This document shows, piece by piece, positions 24,307 to 36,779 of a stretch of DNA of 61,018 nt. The stretch lies in assembly GCF_004010195.1 (NCBI RefSeq), contig NC_057719.1, positions 32,432,988 through 32,494,005 on the forward strand, read 5' to 3'. Within the stretch, counting starts at the first letter, position 1. Each line of letters starts with the position of its first letter. Source of the DNA: Chiloscyllium plagiosum. Taxonomy: Eukaryota. The position numbers and the translations under genes were made by a program. The notes beneath the pieces are model-generated. The model did not search any database. It saw nothing but the letters and a program-made list of their open reading frames with translations, and had not been told where the DNA came from.

Positions 24307-26959
24307 AACACAAATTCCCAGCTCGGCGAACAGAACCACAACAATAGATAATAAGTGCAAAGGAAGTAGGACAATGGAGGAGCATGGAAAGTGCAGCAGG
24401 GAGCTCAAGAAAGCAATTAGGAGAGGAAAGCCGGGGCATGAAAAAGTGCTGTTGGGCAAGATTAGGGAAAATCCCAAGACATCCTACAAATATTTCAAGG
24501 GGACAAGAATAACTAAGGTAAGAGTAGGGCCATTAGGGACCAACAGGACAATCATTGCATAAAGCTGGAGGACATTGATAGTGTGTTAAGTGAATACTTC
24601 ACATCTGTCTTTACTCGGGGAAGTAGATGCAAGTACAGTATTTGAGAAGGTGGATTGTGAAGTCCTTGAGCAGTTTGACATAGGGAGTGAGGAAGTACTG
24701 GATTTTTTGGTGGATTTGAAAGTAGACAAATCCTCAGGCTTGGATAAGGTGTATCCTAGGGTGCTGGGGAGGAAATAACAGGGATGCTGATTCCAGATTT
24801 TTAAATTGTTTCTTGCCTCAGGAGTGGTGCCAAAGGACTGAAGGAGAGCAAATGTGGATCCATTTTACAAAAAGGGTGGTAGAGATAGATTCGGAAACTG
24901 TAGACCAGAGAGTCTCGGATCAGTGGTAGGGAAACTATTGGAAAAAATAGTGAAGAAGAAAATTAATCTTCATATACAGAGGTAAATTTTAATCAGGGAT
25001 CATCAGCTTGGCTTTGACAGAGAGAGGATATGCCTAACAAATTTGATTAAATTTGTTTAAGCAGCTGGCCAAGTGTGTAGATGAGGGTATGGCGGTTCAT
25101 GTAGTTTATATGGTCTTCAGCAGAGCCATTGACAAATCTCACATAGGAAACTGAGAAAGAAAGTAAAAGCTATGGGATACTGAATAATTTGGCAAATTGG
25201 ATCCAAATTTGGCTCGGCGGTGGGAGTCAGAGGGTGGTAGTAGAAAGCTATTTGTGTGACTGGAGACCAATATCCAGTAGCGTTCCACAGGGACAAATGC
25301 TGGGTCCTTTAATATTTGTGATATTCATAATGAGAATATGGGGTGAGTGATAAGTAAATTTGCGCATGACACACAGATTTTCCGGGTGGTTGACAGTGAG
25401 GAGGAAGGCCTCAGGTTCAGGAGGTCTCGGTGAGTTAGTCAAATGGGCAGATCAGTGTCAAAAGGAATTTAGCTCCGATAAATGTTGGATGATGTAGTTT
25501 GAAAGAAGCAACAAGACAAGGATGTACTCAATGAATGGCAGGTCACTAGGAAGCTCAGAGGAACATAAAGTGCATGTCCACAGACCCTTGAAAGTGGCAG
25601 AACAGGTTAACTAGGAGGGCTAGTCAAGATGGCATGCTGAATGCTTGCCTTATCAGTCGAGGTTTGGATCATAAGAGCGGGGAGGTTATGTGGGAGCTGT
25701 AAGTAACTTGCTTAGGCCACAGCTGGAGTACTGAGAGCAGTTCTGGTTACCACACTATTGGGAGGATGTGAGTGCACTGGAGAGAGTGCAGAGGAGATTC
25801 ACCAGGATGTTGCCTGGGATGGAGCATTTCAGCTATGAAGAGAGGCTAATTAGGCTCATGTTGTTTTCTTTGGAGCAGAGAAGGTTGAGGTAGGAACTGA
25901 GAGACGTATAGGATCATGACAGGCATGGACAGTGTGAATAGAAAGTAAATGCTCCCCTTAGCCAAAGGGTCGATAGCAAGGGGAACATAATTTTAAAGTG
26001 AAAGGCAAGAGGCTTAGAGGGGATTTGGGGAAAAAAGTTTTTCACCCAAAGGGTGGTGGGGGTTGTGAAATGAACTGCCTGGAAAGATAGTTGTTGCAGG
26101 AAACCCCACAACCTTTGAAGTATTTGGATGAACACTGAAAGTGTCATAACATTCAAGGCTATAGCCCCATAGCTGGAAACTGGGACTAGTGTAAGTTGTA
26201 GCATATCTTTGGCAGTACAGACTTAATGGGCCAAAGTGCCTCTTTTATAGTGTATGATTCTTTGATCATATCTGGGAACTATGATGCTTTAGCAATTTGA
26301 AATTACTATTGAAACCAGATTTTCTCATAACACTCACAGTCTGCATCTGGCGCGTTTGCCTTAAATTCAAATTGGCGTGGATATAAGTGACCCTCGACAG
26401 CCTTTCATTCCGGCTACTGTATTTGGGCCATTTGTATTTTCTCACCATCTCTTGAGGAAGCAGTCAATTTAGAATGGTTTTCGATATTTTGCAGTCTTAA
26501 ATCTTTTGGAAAATACAGAATCATAGAATGGTTCCAGCAGACATTAATTTCATCGAGTCCACGCTAAATCTGTCTCTCAAGGGCTATTAGGGATGGGGAA
26601 GTAAATGTAATCTGGTCAGTGATACCCACATGTTGGAAAGAAACAAAAAATAGAAATGAATTAAATTTAACTAGTTTCAATTCCTCACTCTTGCAGACAC
26701 GCAAATCTTTACTTTCAGAAGTTTATCCAATTTCCATTTGAAGACAACAATTACATCTGACTTTGTCACTCCTGCAAGCACAAAGATCAGAACGACTTGC
26801 TGCATTAAAAAAAAAGCTTCTCCTTCACATCATCTTTGTTTTCTATCATCAATCAGCTAACAACTATAATTCTCATCGTCCACAATAGACTCATTAAACC
26901 ACATGGTTCAGGACAACACTAGAATCTTGGGGCATCCAGAAGATCAACTTGCCCAACAA

Positions 26960-27095
26960 GTTCTGAAGGAGAGTCATTGGACCCTAAATGTTAACTCTGC
27001 TTTCCCTCCACAGATGCTGCTAGACTTGCTGGGTTTTTCCAATAATTTCTGTTTTGGTTTCTGATTTCCAACATTTTCAGTTCTTTGGGTTGTTT
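26960..27095 (+). mobile_element. Solo PLE pLTR, family D, degenerate hammerhead at 5' end
   Basis: gtt-ctgaagg-agagtc-attg-gaccc-taaa-tgtt-aac, then tccacagatgctgctagacttgctg. Confidence 0.7.
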
Positions 27096-28194
27096 TTTGC
27101 CAAGTGTGAGCTATGGTTGCAGCTCAAATTTTACAGGCAAAATTGACATTCTGTAATTTGAGCACGAGATTGTAACTGCAGCAACTGGAATTCACACCTT
27201 GTACTTCCATAGTAATTTCATCTGCAGATTTTTATCATTTGGGCCAATGTATGATGCAGGAAATCAGGGGAGGAATTTCATTGGATCTTTATTCCGATTT
27301 GCAGCTGAAATCATTGACTGAATGTAAAATTGGCTGCATCCTGCATCAGCTAAAGAACACAAGCAAATCACAGGAAACAATATTTGTTAGTGCAAAGGTC
27401 AAGTGCTGTGAGGGTCAAATGTATTGTGCACATGTGCTGAGAACTGACAATATTGGATGGATGGGGCACAAGACTCAAGGTTTTATTTGTGACTCTTAAC
27501 TGACTCCAGGGAAAATAGAATCCACAAAGTAACTTGATAATAAATCAAACAATATCTGAACACACAACTGTTGCAGTTTTACAAATAATCCATTGTAAAG
27601 AAAGGAATACATGTGTGGTTCAGTAGAAGAATGAACCGTTCAGATTTACAAATCCTTATTTATTGATTGATTTAAAATCCATTTGCGGTTTAGAATTTTC
27701 TAATAGGGTTTAAATGACAAAACTTTCCAATCCTTTATGTGCTTGTCAGTGCTGTGTTTTAAAAGAAACTGCAGCCTCTTGTGTTATGGTGGCCTTAGTT
27801 ATAATCTAGGGTCTTGCTGAGAACATACTCAGTTTATTACTTGTCACTTCTATGCCATTATAACAGATTACTGAAGTGTAAAGTGTTTTGGGCCTGAGGG
27901 CAGATTACAAATTTAGAATAGATCATACTCTGTCATTTTGTGATCTGTCCTTTGAAGAAAAGCATAACAGAGTTCAGCAATATTTTTTATATTGCATTTA
28001 TTTCTTTAATGTGGAGTACTGCTATACAAATTTTATTGATGGACCTTTAGATAAAAGTGACTGCCTCCGATAACCCATATGGCAAAGAAACAAAAAGTTT
28101 GTATTGTTCTTGTTCCTATTGGAAGTATATAATATTTTTGTTGTTTTTTGCTCCTATTTTGTTTTTGCCACTGTGATCATAATAAAGTACATTA

Positions 28195-29640
28195 CATCAT
28201 TTATGACAGAGAAGGAGGCCAATCGGCCCATTGACTTTATGTCAGCTCCTTCCCAGCAGCCCCATTCCACTGGTCCCTATCGCCATACAAGTTTATTTCC
28301 TTCAAGAATTTCTTGTCTGAAATCATTTGATTGTTTTAACATCTACCACCTTCGTGCGAAGAGGGGTTCTGGATCATTACCACTTCCGATGTAAAACATC
28401 CTTCCTCACGTTTCATCTGCATAATTTATCCAAAATCTTAAATCTTTACATCCTAGTCCTTTTACTAAGCTAATGTGAAGAGTTTTCTCTTGTCTATCTT
28501 GCCTAAACCTTTTATTGTCATATACATCTCCATGAAATCTCCTTTAATTCAAGGAGATTAATTTCAGTCTTCCCATCCTAACCTTGTAGTTAAGCCACCC
28601 AACCCTGTCGTACCCACCCCACCCCACCCCACCCCTCCTCCATGTCTGGAACCATTCTGATAAATCTCCTTTTCCCCCTTTCAAGTATCTTCACATTTTT
28701 CTTGAAGTGAAGTGAACAGAACCAGATGCAGTGTTCGAGTTGGGACTTAAACATTTGAGTACACCTAGGATCACTACAGCTTTACATGGTTTTGTAAATA
28801 ATGCTTCTATTTCTGAAGCCCAAGATTGCATGCATTTTGTTAACCACATTCTCAATATGTCCTGTCACCTTCAAAGATCTGTACAAATGAACTTCTGGGT
28901 CTCTCTGTTCCTCCTTAGAACTGTGCCATTAAGTCTATGTTGCCCTTCCCTATTCCTTCAGTTCAAAAGAATCACCTCACACTTGTCTGTATTAAATTTA
29001 ATTTGCCCCTTGTCTGCCCATTCCTCTTATCTGTTTATGTCTTTTGCAGGCAATTCATTTTGGCTTTATTATTTGTTAACGCTCCAAGCTATGTATCATC
29101 GACAAATTTTGAAATATCATTTATTCCGAGATTGAAGTTATATAACACACAGGTCATGATCCTAGCACTAGGGAATAACATTGAATACCAAACTCAAGTA
29201 TGAAAACAACATCTATTATGACCTATTTTCTGTTCTTAAGCTTTTTTAAAAGCCCAATTGGACTCTGAACCTTGTATTCTATATGACTCAAATTTTGTTA
29301 ACATGCCTTTTATGCTTTTATAAAAATCTGTACAGTCAGCATCCAACACTTAACCTTGACCAAAATTCTCTCAGAATACCTCAAGTTGCATAATCTTACC
29401 TTTACTGCTTCTCAACCCCAATCAAATGGACTCCTCTTGTCCCTTCATGAGAATACTCTCTTCCCAATATTAAAATATCTTTCTTAAATATTGTTACCTC
29501 CTGATCTCAGTTTTTCCCTTTTTTCCCTTTTCTGAAAATATTATATCATTTTATATTCAGTGCTTAGTCCTCACCATTTTAAACTTTGTGTCCACATATC
29601 TACTACATTCCACTCCCACATGGTTAATTGTATTTTAGCA
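28195..29640 (-). mobile_element. Old CR1 LINE fragments
   Basis: Minus-strand W.D.GQIKFNTDKCEVI, PNSNTASGSVH region and CR1 tail aatgggccgattggcctcc. Confidence 0.75.
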
Positions 29641-29645
29641 TATCA

Positions 29646-29774
29646 TTCCTGATTAAGGGCTTATGCCCGAAACATTGACTCTACTGCTCCTCGGATGCTG
29701 TTTGATCTGCTGTGGTTTTCCAGTGCCACACTTTTTGACTCTTATCTCCAGCATCTGCAGTCCTTACTTTCTCC
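29646..29774 (+). mobile_element. Solo PLE pLTR, family A, starting at the hammerhead, 13-bp TSD with one mismatch
   Basis: TSD ttttagcatatca (29633-29645) and ttttagcttatca (29775-29787); ttc-CTGATTA-A-GGGC-ttat-GCCC-GAAA-catt. Confidence 0.82.
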
Positions 29775-29853
29775 TTTTAGCTTATCAAGTTTATTCATCA
29801 TATTATGCATGTATATACTATATAAAATATACATTGTATTTGTGTGTTTGTAT

Positions 29854-31030
29854 TAGACAATAGACAATAGACAATAGGTGCAGGAGTAGGCCATTCAGCC
29901 CTTCGAGCCTGCACCGCCATTCAATATAATCATGGCTGATCATTCCTAATCAGTATCCTCTTCCTGCCTTATCTCCATAACCCTTGATTCGACTATCTTT
30001 GAGAGCTCTATCCAACTCCTTCTTAAATGAATCCAGAGAGTGGGCCTCCACTGCCCTCTGGGGCAGAGCATTCCACACAGCCACCACTCTCTGGGTGAAG
30101 AAGTTTCTCCTGAGCTCTGTCCTAAATGCTCTACCCCGTATTTTTAAGCTGTGGCCTCAGGTTCGGCACTCACCCATCAGTGGAAACATGTTTCCTGCTG
30201 CCAGAGTGTCCAATCCTTTAATAATCTTATATGCCTCAATCAGATCCCCTCTCAGTCTTCGAAACCCAAGGGTATACAANNNNNNNNNNNNNNNNNNNNN
30301 NNNNNNNNNNNNNNNNNNNNNNNNNNNNNNNNNNNNNNNNNNNNNNNNNNNNNNNTTACATAAATTGATTCTATTGAGGTAGTAGTCTGCCTTCCTGTTC
30401 TTGCTACCAAAGTGGATAACCATACATTTATCCACATTAGACTGCATCTGCCATGCATCTGCCCACTCACTTAACTTGTCCAGGTCACCCTGTAATCTCT
30501 TAACATCCTCATCACTTTTCACCCTGCCACCCAGCTTTGTTTCATCAGCAAATTTGCTAATGTTATTGCTGATACCGTCTTCTATATCATTAACATATAT
30601 TGTTAAAAAGCTCTGGCCCCAGTACGGATCCCTGCGGTACCCCATTGGTCACTGCCTGCCATTCCGAAATGGAGTTGTTTATCACTACCCTTTGTTTCCT
30701 ATTAGCCAATCAATTTTCAATCCAATCTAGTACTTTGCCCCCAATACCATGCACCCTAATTTTACTCACTAACCTCCTGTGTGGGACTTTATCAAAAGCT
30801 TTCTGAAAGTCCAGGTACACTACATCTACTGGATTTCCCTCGTCCAACTTCATAGTTACATCCTCAAAAGATTCAAGAAGATTAGTCAAGCATGATTTCC
30901 CCTTCCTAAATCCATGCTGACTCTGTCCTATCCTGTTACTACTATCCAGATGTGCAGTAATTTCATCCTTTATAATAGACTCCAGCATCTTTCCCACCAC
31001 TGAGGTCAGACTAACTGGTCTATAATTTCA
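29854..31030 (-). mobile_element. Relatively young CR1 LINE RT region and 3' UTR, spanning an assembly gap
   Basis: QHGFRKGKSCLTNLL, VDVVYLDFQKAFDKVPH, SKFADETKLGG; (tagacaa)n tail at 29854-29876. Confidence 0.95.
30280..30355. other. Assembly gap (76 N)
   Basis: Run of N. Confidence 1.
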
Positions 31031-31099
31031 TGATCCTTCTTAGTCTGCCTCTAACGTATGTGGTACTACTTTCCTCTCTAACGCTGTCCAATGTATCAC

Positions 31100-31265
31100 T
31101 TTATGCATCTTATTCTTCTTTTTTGCTTCTATATGCTGATGTCCACCTCCTGCCAATTTGTATTAGACTCCCAACCATGCAAGTTAAGCTCCTGACAAAG
31201 ACATTAGTCTGAATCCTATTGAGATGCAACCTATCCCTTTTTAGTAGCCTCCTTCTGTAAAGAAC
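31100..31265 (-). mobile_element. CR1 ORF1 (SGNH esterase) C-terminal fragment
   Basis: RLLKRDRLHLNRIQTNVFVRSLT resembles the RDGLHLN..GT motif. Confidence 0.55.
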
Positions 31266-31695
31266 TAATTCTATTGTAGCGTGTTTCAAATTAACAAATA
31301 GACAACAGCATTTTTCTGAATCACTCCTTACCAAGTGTAAATGTACCTTGTTTAAATTTAAACAAAGCTCGGCAGTTAATTGCCAATCATCATTCAACTG
31401 TTGCAACCTTTGTGGCACCACCTCTACTAATTGAATGCCATTTGCTAACAAAACAAATTATCTTATCATGAAGCATAAAATGTTGCTCCCCCTATTCATT
31501 GGCATTCTTTCTAAAATCCCGATGAGTGCAAGATGATAAGTTCGGAAAAATGTGTCTTTTTTAGCAATAATCATGTCCTGTACTGCCAAATGATTATTCG
31601 GGGTTTGTACAGTTAGGTGATGATTTTGAAGTATGGAGGGAGTGGAATGGTAGATATTGGAGATTTTTGTCTTGATTGTCAGGTTTCTGCACAAA

Positions 31696-31777
31696 TCACT
31701 TGCTCCCAGTCATGGGGTCTCCCATGGACCAGAGCATGACAAAGAAAATGATCAGAGGCATCACAAAGTAGGACAAG
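31696..31777 (-). CDS. Candidate terminal coding exon of an unidentified host membrane-protein gene: (x)LSYFVMPLIIFFVMLWSMGDPMTGSK*
   Basis: Strong acceptor ttctcttcccttttctttcag, phase 2, 26 codons including a 16-residue hydrophobic stretch, then TGA; lies in non-repetitive DNA. Confidence 0.4.
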
Positions 31778-33091
31778 CTGAAAGAAAAGGGAAGAGAACT
31801 AGAATTTTAAGTATGGGTGTCACATTCAGTTATTATCTTCACAGAACAATTCTCCTCCCTCATACTTAGCATGGAATAATGTGTCAGATGTGTCAGGTTC
31901 ACTAAAGAGTTCCTCAAAGAAATCAGTCACCTGTTGCAGACAAAGCTGCAGCTTTAGGACAGTTTGAGAACAGCATTACCAGTGCCAGTGATGGGGACTT
32001 TGGTTATAAAACTTTATATATCCAGGAGCTGAGCCACAGGCTGAAACACTTCAGTATAAGCAGCATAATGTGGCCTGTCTACTTCACTGAAAACAGCAAG
32101 GACTCTGGTGGGCTGGCAGCAGTGAAAGGAGAAACGACAGCATGTTTCAGTCCCACAGAGGCATTTTCCCTCCCTGGGGTGGGTCTTAGCAATATTTTAG
32201 AGGACAGGTTGTTGGACTGCTGCAAAACCCGGCAAGTCTTGTTAAAGCGCTGGTGTCCTCGGCAATGATGGATGCAGTCTAAGCCTGCAAGCTGTCTGTG
32301 TAACATACAGAGATTGGGTGGCTGGCATCTGAGTTGCAGTGAAAGCTCAGCCAACAGTTTTCAGATGCATCATCACAGCTGATTCCAAAAGTGCCCTCAT
32401 GAGTTAGCCATTTCCTAGCGTTTGGAAAGATGGGCCCCCAGATCTATGCAAACTCCTGTGCCAAGTTAATGCCAGCCTTGACCTTGTCTGCAGGCTTTTC
32501 AACAGGACTGTCAATGCATTACTTTAGTCTTCAGTAGCAGAACTCGTTTGCATCTTTACCCACCAGTGAACTGGCATGCATGTTATCTTTGACCCCAACC
32601 CTAGCTGCATCTCGCTGGTTCCTTTTGTCTCACAACATGCAGATAACATTCTAAGTTATCTTGAAAAGTACAAACTTCTGTAAAATTTGAAATTTGGCAT
32701 GTGGACTATCTTCCTGTGTGCCAAGGGTGTCTCTAACCAATGGTGAGCTTCCCTGTGATTCCCATTGGCTCCTGTTTTACGAAAGCTCCTTGATGCCATA
32801 CTCAGTCATGTTCCACCTTGATGTCAAGGGCAGTCATTTTTGCATCATTTCTGGGGTTTAGTTCATTTCATCCAGGTTTGGACAAGGCCGTACTGAGGCC
32901 AGAAGCTGAGTCACCCTGGTGGAACCCAAACTCTGTCAGTGAGCAGGACATTCCTTTACATGTGCTGCTTAATGATTGTTGATAACCACTTCCATCACAT
33001 TGCTGATGATTGAGAGTAGACTGACAGGGTGGTAATTGACAGAGATTTGTCCTGATTTTTACACACAAAATACCTGGGCAATTTTCCACTC

Positions 33092-33823
33092 TGATTTATT
33101 TATTATCACACATATTGAGTTACAAAACATAATGAGGCGTGTTGTATTGTTGCCATTCTCCAGCATCATCTTAAAACACTGAAAAATGAACCAAACACAG
33201 AATATAAAAGACAGAAGAATAAAGAAACACAGAAAAAGTGTTTAACTTTACATTCCTTCTTGTTAAGTGCTCCGTCGTGGTATTAGCCACTCTTTAGTGC
33301 CATCTCACCTCCATGGATGTCCTCGCCACTATTGAGTCCTTGCTGGACTTTGCCAATGAAAATGCCATTGATACCACAGGTACTGCAGGTACCGCACCGA
33401 CCCAAACCTGACTCTGCCCCTGCCACGCATCTGCTCCTGGCCCACATCAACAATACAGCCGCTACTGTTGCCACAGGGTCTCGTACTGGGCCCAAACTCA
33501 TCCCCACCGCAGCAGCCATGATCAGGCCCTGGAACTGCCTCACCTATGCAGAAGCCTTTGGGAACCCAAACACCGCTCCGAAACACCACCATGAGTCCAT
33601 CCAGGGCCCACTCGGCAACTGCAACATGTCTGGCCTGGGCCTACTTACCACTGCCAATGCTGTTGTCATGACTGAGCTCTTCAATAAGAGACACGTAAAG
33701 CAAAAGAGGGAAAAAGAAAGAAACAAAGAGAAGAGAGGAAAAAAAATAAAGAAATGAAATGAAAAGAAGAGCAGATGGGGAGCGGACCAGTCCTGGAGAA
33801 GCCCTACTCCACCGCCATGTTAC
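33092..33823 (-). mobile_element. Non-autonomous LINE-derived element (aacatggcgg 5' end, aataaat tail)
   Basis: Interrupts the older LINE between ttttccact and gctaggtaaatg; GC-rich low-complexity interior. Confidence 0.5.
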
Positions 33824-33961
33824 CAAAGCACTGCTAGGTAAATGTTAGTGTTGAAACTATATGGCTAGATCTGGAGACAAGTTTTCAGTACAATTGCCAG
33901 AATGTTGTCAGGGTTCGTAACTTTTGTAGTATCCGTGTCTTCAGTGGTATATTGATATTAC

Positions 33962-34352
33962 GTAGAATCCCAGCAACTCCACACCGACTCTCCGAAGAGG
34001 AACCCACCCAGACTCATTCCCTTAATTCTCTACATTTCCCCTGACTAATGCACCTAACACTATGAGCAATTTAGCATGACCAATCTACCTAACCTGCGCA
34101 TCTTTGGATTGTGGGAGGAAACCGGAGCACCCAGAGGAAACCACGCAGACACGAATGCACCTAACACTATAGACAATTTAGCATGGCCAATTCACCTGAC
34201 CTGCACATTTTTGGATTGTGGGAGGAAACCCACACAGACACGGGGAGAATGAACAAATTCCACACAGACAGTCACCCGAGGCTGGAATCAAACCCAGGTC
34301 CCTGGTGCTGTGAGGCTGCAGTGCTAACCTCTGAGCCACTGTGTCGCCCACT
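33962..34352 (-). mobile_element. HE1-type SINE with internal tandem duplication
   Basis: aatgcacctaacactat...cagacacg occurs twice (about 34047-34153 and 34154-34242). Confidence 0.88.
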
Positions 34353-34607
34353 GCCGTATCACATGGAGTGAATCAAATTGGCTGAAAGCTGGTATGTGTG
34401 ATGCTAGGGACCACTGGAGAAGGTCAGGATGGATCATTCACTCGACATTTCTGGCTAACAAATTGTTGCAATGCTTCAGCCTTATGTTTTGCATTAATAT
34501 TCTAGGTTCTCCTATCAAGGATGTGGACATTTGTGGAGCCTCCTCCTGTTAGTTGTCAATGTCAGTAACTAGCACTGTGAGTGTAAAAATGGAGCACATT
34601 GTACCTT

Positions 34608-34693
34608 GGAGAAAGTGAGGACTGCAGATGCTGGAGATCAGAGCTGAAAAATGTGTTGCCGGAAAAGCGCAGCAGGTGAGGCAGCATCCAAGG
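34608..34693 (-). mobile_element. Family A pLTR tail fragment without hammerhead
   Basis: ggagaaagtgaggactgcagatgctggagatcagag...gcagcatccaagg. Confidence 0.8.
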
Positions 34694-34736
34694 TCCTCTG
34701 CACAAGCAATTCTTTCTCGTTTACTATTACCTGACA

Positions 34737-35050
34737 GTTAGATTAGATTACATTACAGCATGGAAACAGGCCCTTCGGCCGAACAAGTCCACACCGACCC
34801 GCCGAAGCGTAACCCACCCATACCCCTACATTTATCCCTTACCTAACACTATGGACAATTTAGCATGGCCAATTCACCTGACCTGCACATCTTTGGACTG
34901 TGGGAGGAAACCGGAGCACCCGGAGGAAACCCACGCAGACACGGGGAGAACGTGCAAACTCCACACAGTCAGTCGCCTGAGGCGGGAATTGAACCCGGGT
35001 CTCTGGCGCTGTGAGGCAGCAGTGCTAACCACTGTGCCGCTGTGCTGCCC
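34737..35050 (-). mobile_element. Full-length young HE1-type SINE
   Basis: A and B boxes on the minus strand, (taatc)n tail; near-identical to 43941-44244. Confidence 0.95.
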
Positions 35051-36779
35051 AGTTCAAAGATCTGAAAGAAGAATGCACAAAACTAAAGTTGCTTAAAGAA
35101 ATGGCAAGAAAAACAAGAGCTGTGTCTGCTTCTCCATGGGCACAACGACATCAAGGCATGCCTCATATTTTCCAATTGAATCCAGCCGTTAGAACATAGC
35201 CCTCGATGTTTCGCTGATCTGTGGAACCAATCTGAAGTCCATCGAGCCTACACTATTCCATTTGCATCCATATGCCCATCTTGTTAAGGCAGCACCTTTC
35301 CTTTCAAGAGAAAAGCAAGTGTGTATGAGAATGAATGATCTGGTTGTCATGGTTGAATAACTGACAGGTTGCACATGCAGTATAATGTAGGTGTGAGACT
35401 TTTAGCAATGATAAATAGATGAGGTTGAGCTATGAATACTCGGAATGAATTGAAATAGAGAGATTATTGATAGGTGAACATGAAGGTTATTGTGATGTTT
35501 CTCATGTGTTCATGCAGTACTTCTGGCTAAAAAAATTAATTGTGAATGATTCAGCCCTATCCTTTGCATTGCTATTCTAGGCTTTCCCATCATTGAGGAT
35601 GTTTCTTGGCATAATGGGTCAGGCAGTAGGCCTGTAGTGCCACTGTGATTACGTCTAGAAGCACAATATGGATAAAGTTCACTTCTCTTCCTTTTCACCT
35701 CCTATACTAACATCTTCAGTACAACGTCTGACAACCTTGATGCTTCCTACTTTTAAATGGTGCCATTCTTCACAAGATCTTGGAGACCCCTACTCATGCA
35801 CGCAGACCCTCAACTGTGCATTTATCATGAGCTGCATGCTAAAAGCATTTAAATAAGCAATTAATACGGAATTTGTGTGCTGATGGCATCAGAAGTAACA
35901 GAAGACATTAAAGTGCAGCTCAATCCCACTGCTTGCTTTGGGGTTGTCCAAATGTTGTCTCCAATGTATTTCAATAGATTCCAAAGTTTATTCCACTTTT
36001 ACACAACTGGCATAGGATAAGAGGTTTAAATGTTGAGCATTGAATCTTAATAGGAAAAGGTGTCATCGCAGGCATCACTTCAAGATAAATGCTCCAATTT
36101 TAAGCCAATGTTTTTGGAGCTATCTGATGCAGCTATTACACCCCTGCTTGGGATATGGTGACTGGACCATCGTGCTTTTCCTTTCTGAATAAGGCAGTCT
36201 CCATTCATCTGCTCAAAAATCCTCACCTGCTTCTTGCCTATGATTTTGAAGCTTGAGGAGGCCATGCAGTGTCTGGTAAACAGCAGCCCCCGTGTCCCAA
36301 TTGAACCCACAAAATCATTCAATTAAATACATTCCAAAGCAATACAATATGATTGACAGAATGCACGTAGAGCATATGTGGGCAAAAATAGGAAAAAAAG
36401 TTCTCATTTCAAGTTTCCAGAATGACTAACAAGTGAGCAGTGGATGTTTAGGAATCTGAAGATGTGATAGGAATGCAGATCCGTACCATTTTATATATTT
36501 TTCAGAATAGGTGCCTCTATATAAAAGAAATGCTATTTACTTCAATTGGCCACAGATGTCCTTTGGACTGTCACTACTAAAACTCAAAATTGTAACTAAA
36601 ATTGCTCCTCTCAATAATTTTACTAAAATATTAATGCAAGTAAAAAAAAAAAGCAAATCCATCTTGTCATTGTGCTGACTGCTATTATTGGCAGAAGAAA
36701 TTTTCCCTCCCCATGTTCTTAATAGCCCTTTGTGTTATACAAAAAACCTTAGTGCTGCAGTACGGTTCACTAATTTGTA

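Larger units (their letters stand above)
23294..24345 (+). mobile_element. Penelope-like element (Poseidon-type), 5'-truncated, inverted pLTRs, 11-bp TSD
   Basis: GIY-YIG remnant NVAYKFPCK..HYIGQTGRQLTVRIHEH; inverted repeats about 23331-23605/24081-24343; 37-nt tail 23294-23330; TSD agataataagt at 23283-23293 and 24346-24356. Confidence 0.93.
23200..26262 (+). mobile_element. Long decayed CR1 LINE ORF2 and 3' UTR, interrupted by a Penelope insertion
   Basis: RELKKAIRRGKPGHEK, LKVDKSSGLDKVYPRVL, SSVPQGQMLGPLIF, RPQLEY, RRFTRMLPGM; tail gggccaaagtgcct...gattctttga. Confidence 0.9.
32740..34560 (-). mobile_element. Old CR1/L2-group LINE fragments split by later insertions
   Basis: ttgatgtcaagggcagtc (minus TALDIK), gctgatgattgagagtagactg (minus SLLSIIS) and tgccagaatgttgtcaggg (minus PDNILA); same family as 49830-50290. 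Confidence 0.7.

Noticed and set aside
33283..33826. Overlapping ORFs up to 146 aa
   Set aside because: They lie within a GC-rich repeat insertion and show no recognisable domain.
34737..35050. tRNA genes at A/B-box motifs
   Set aside because: They are the heads of HE1 and DeuSINE-like SINEs and continue into SINE bodies.
35500..36330. Possible transposase remnant on the minus strand
   Set aside because: No motif I could identify with confidence.
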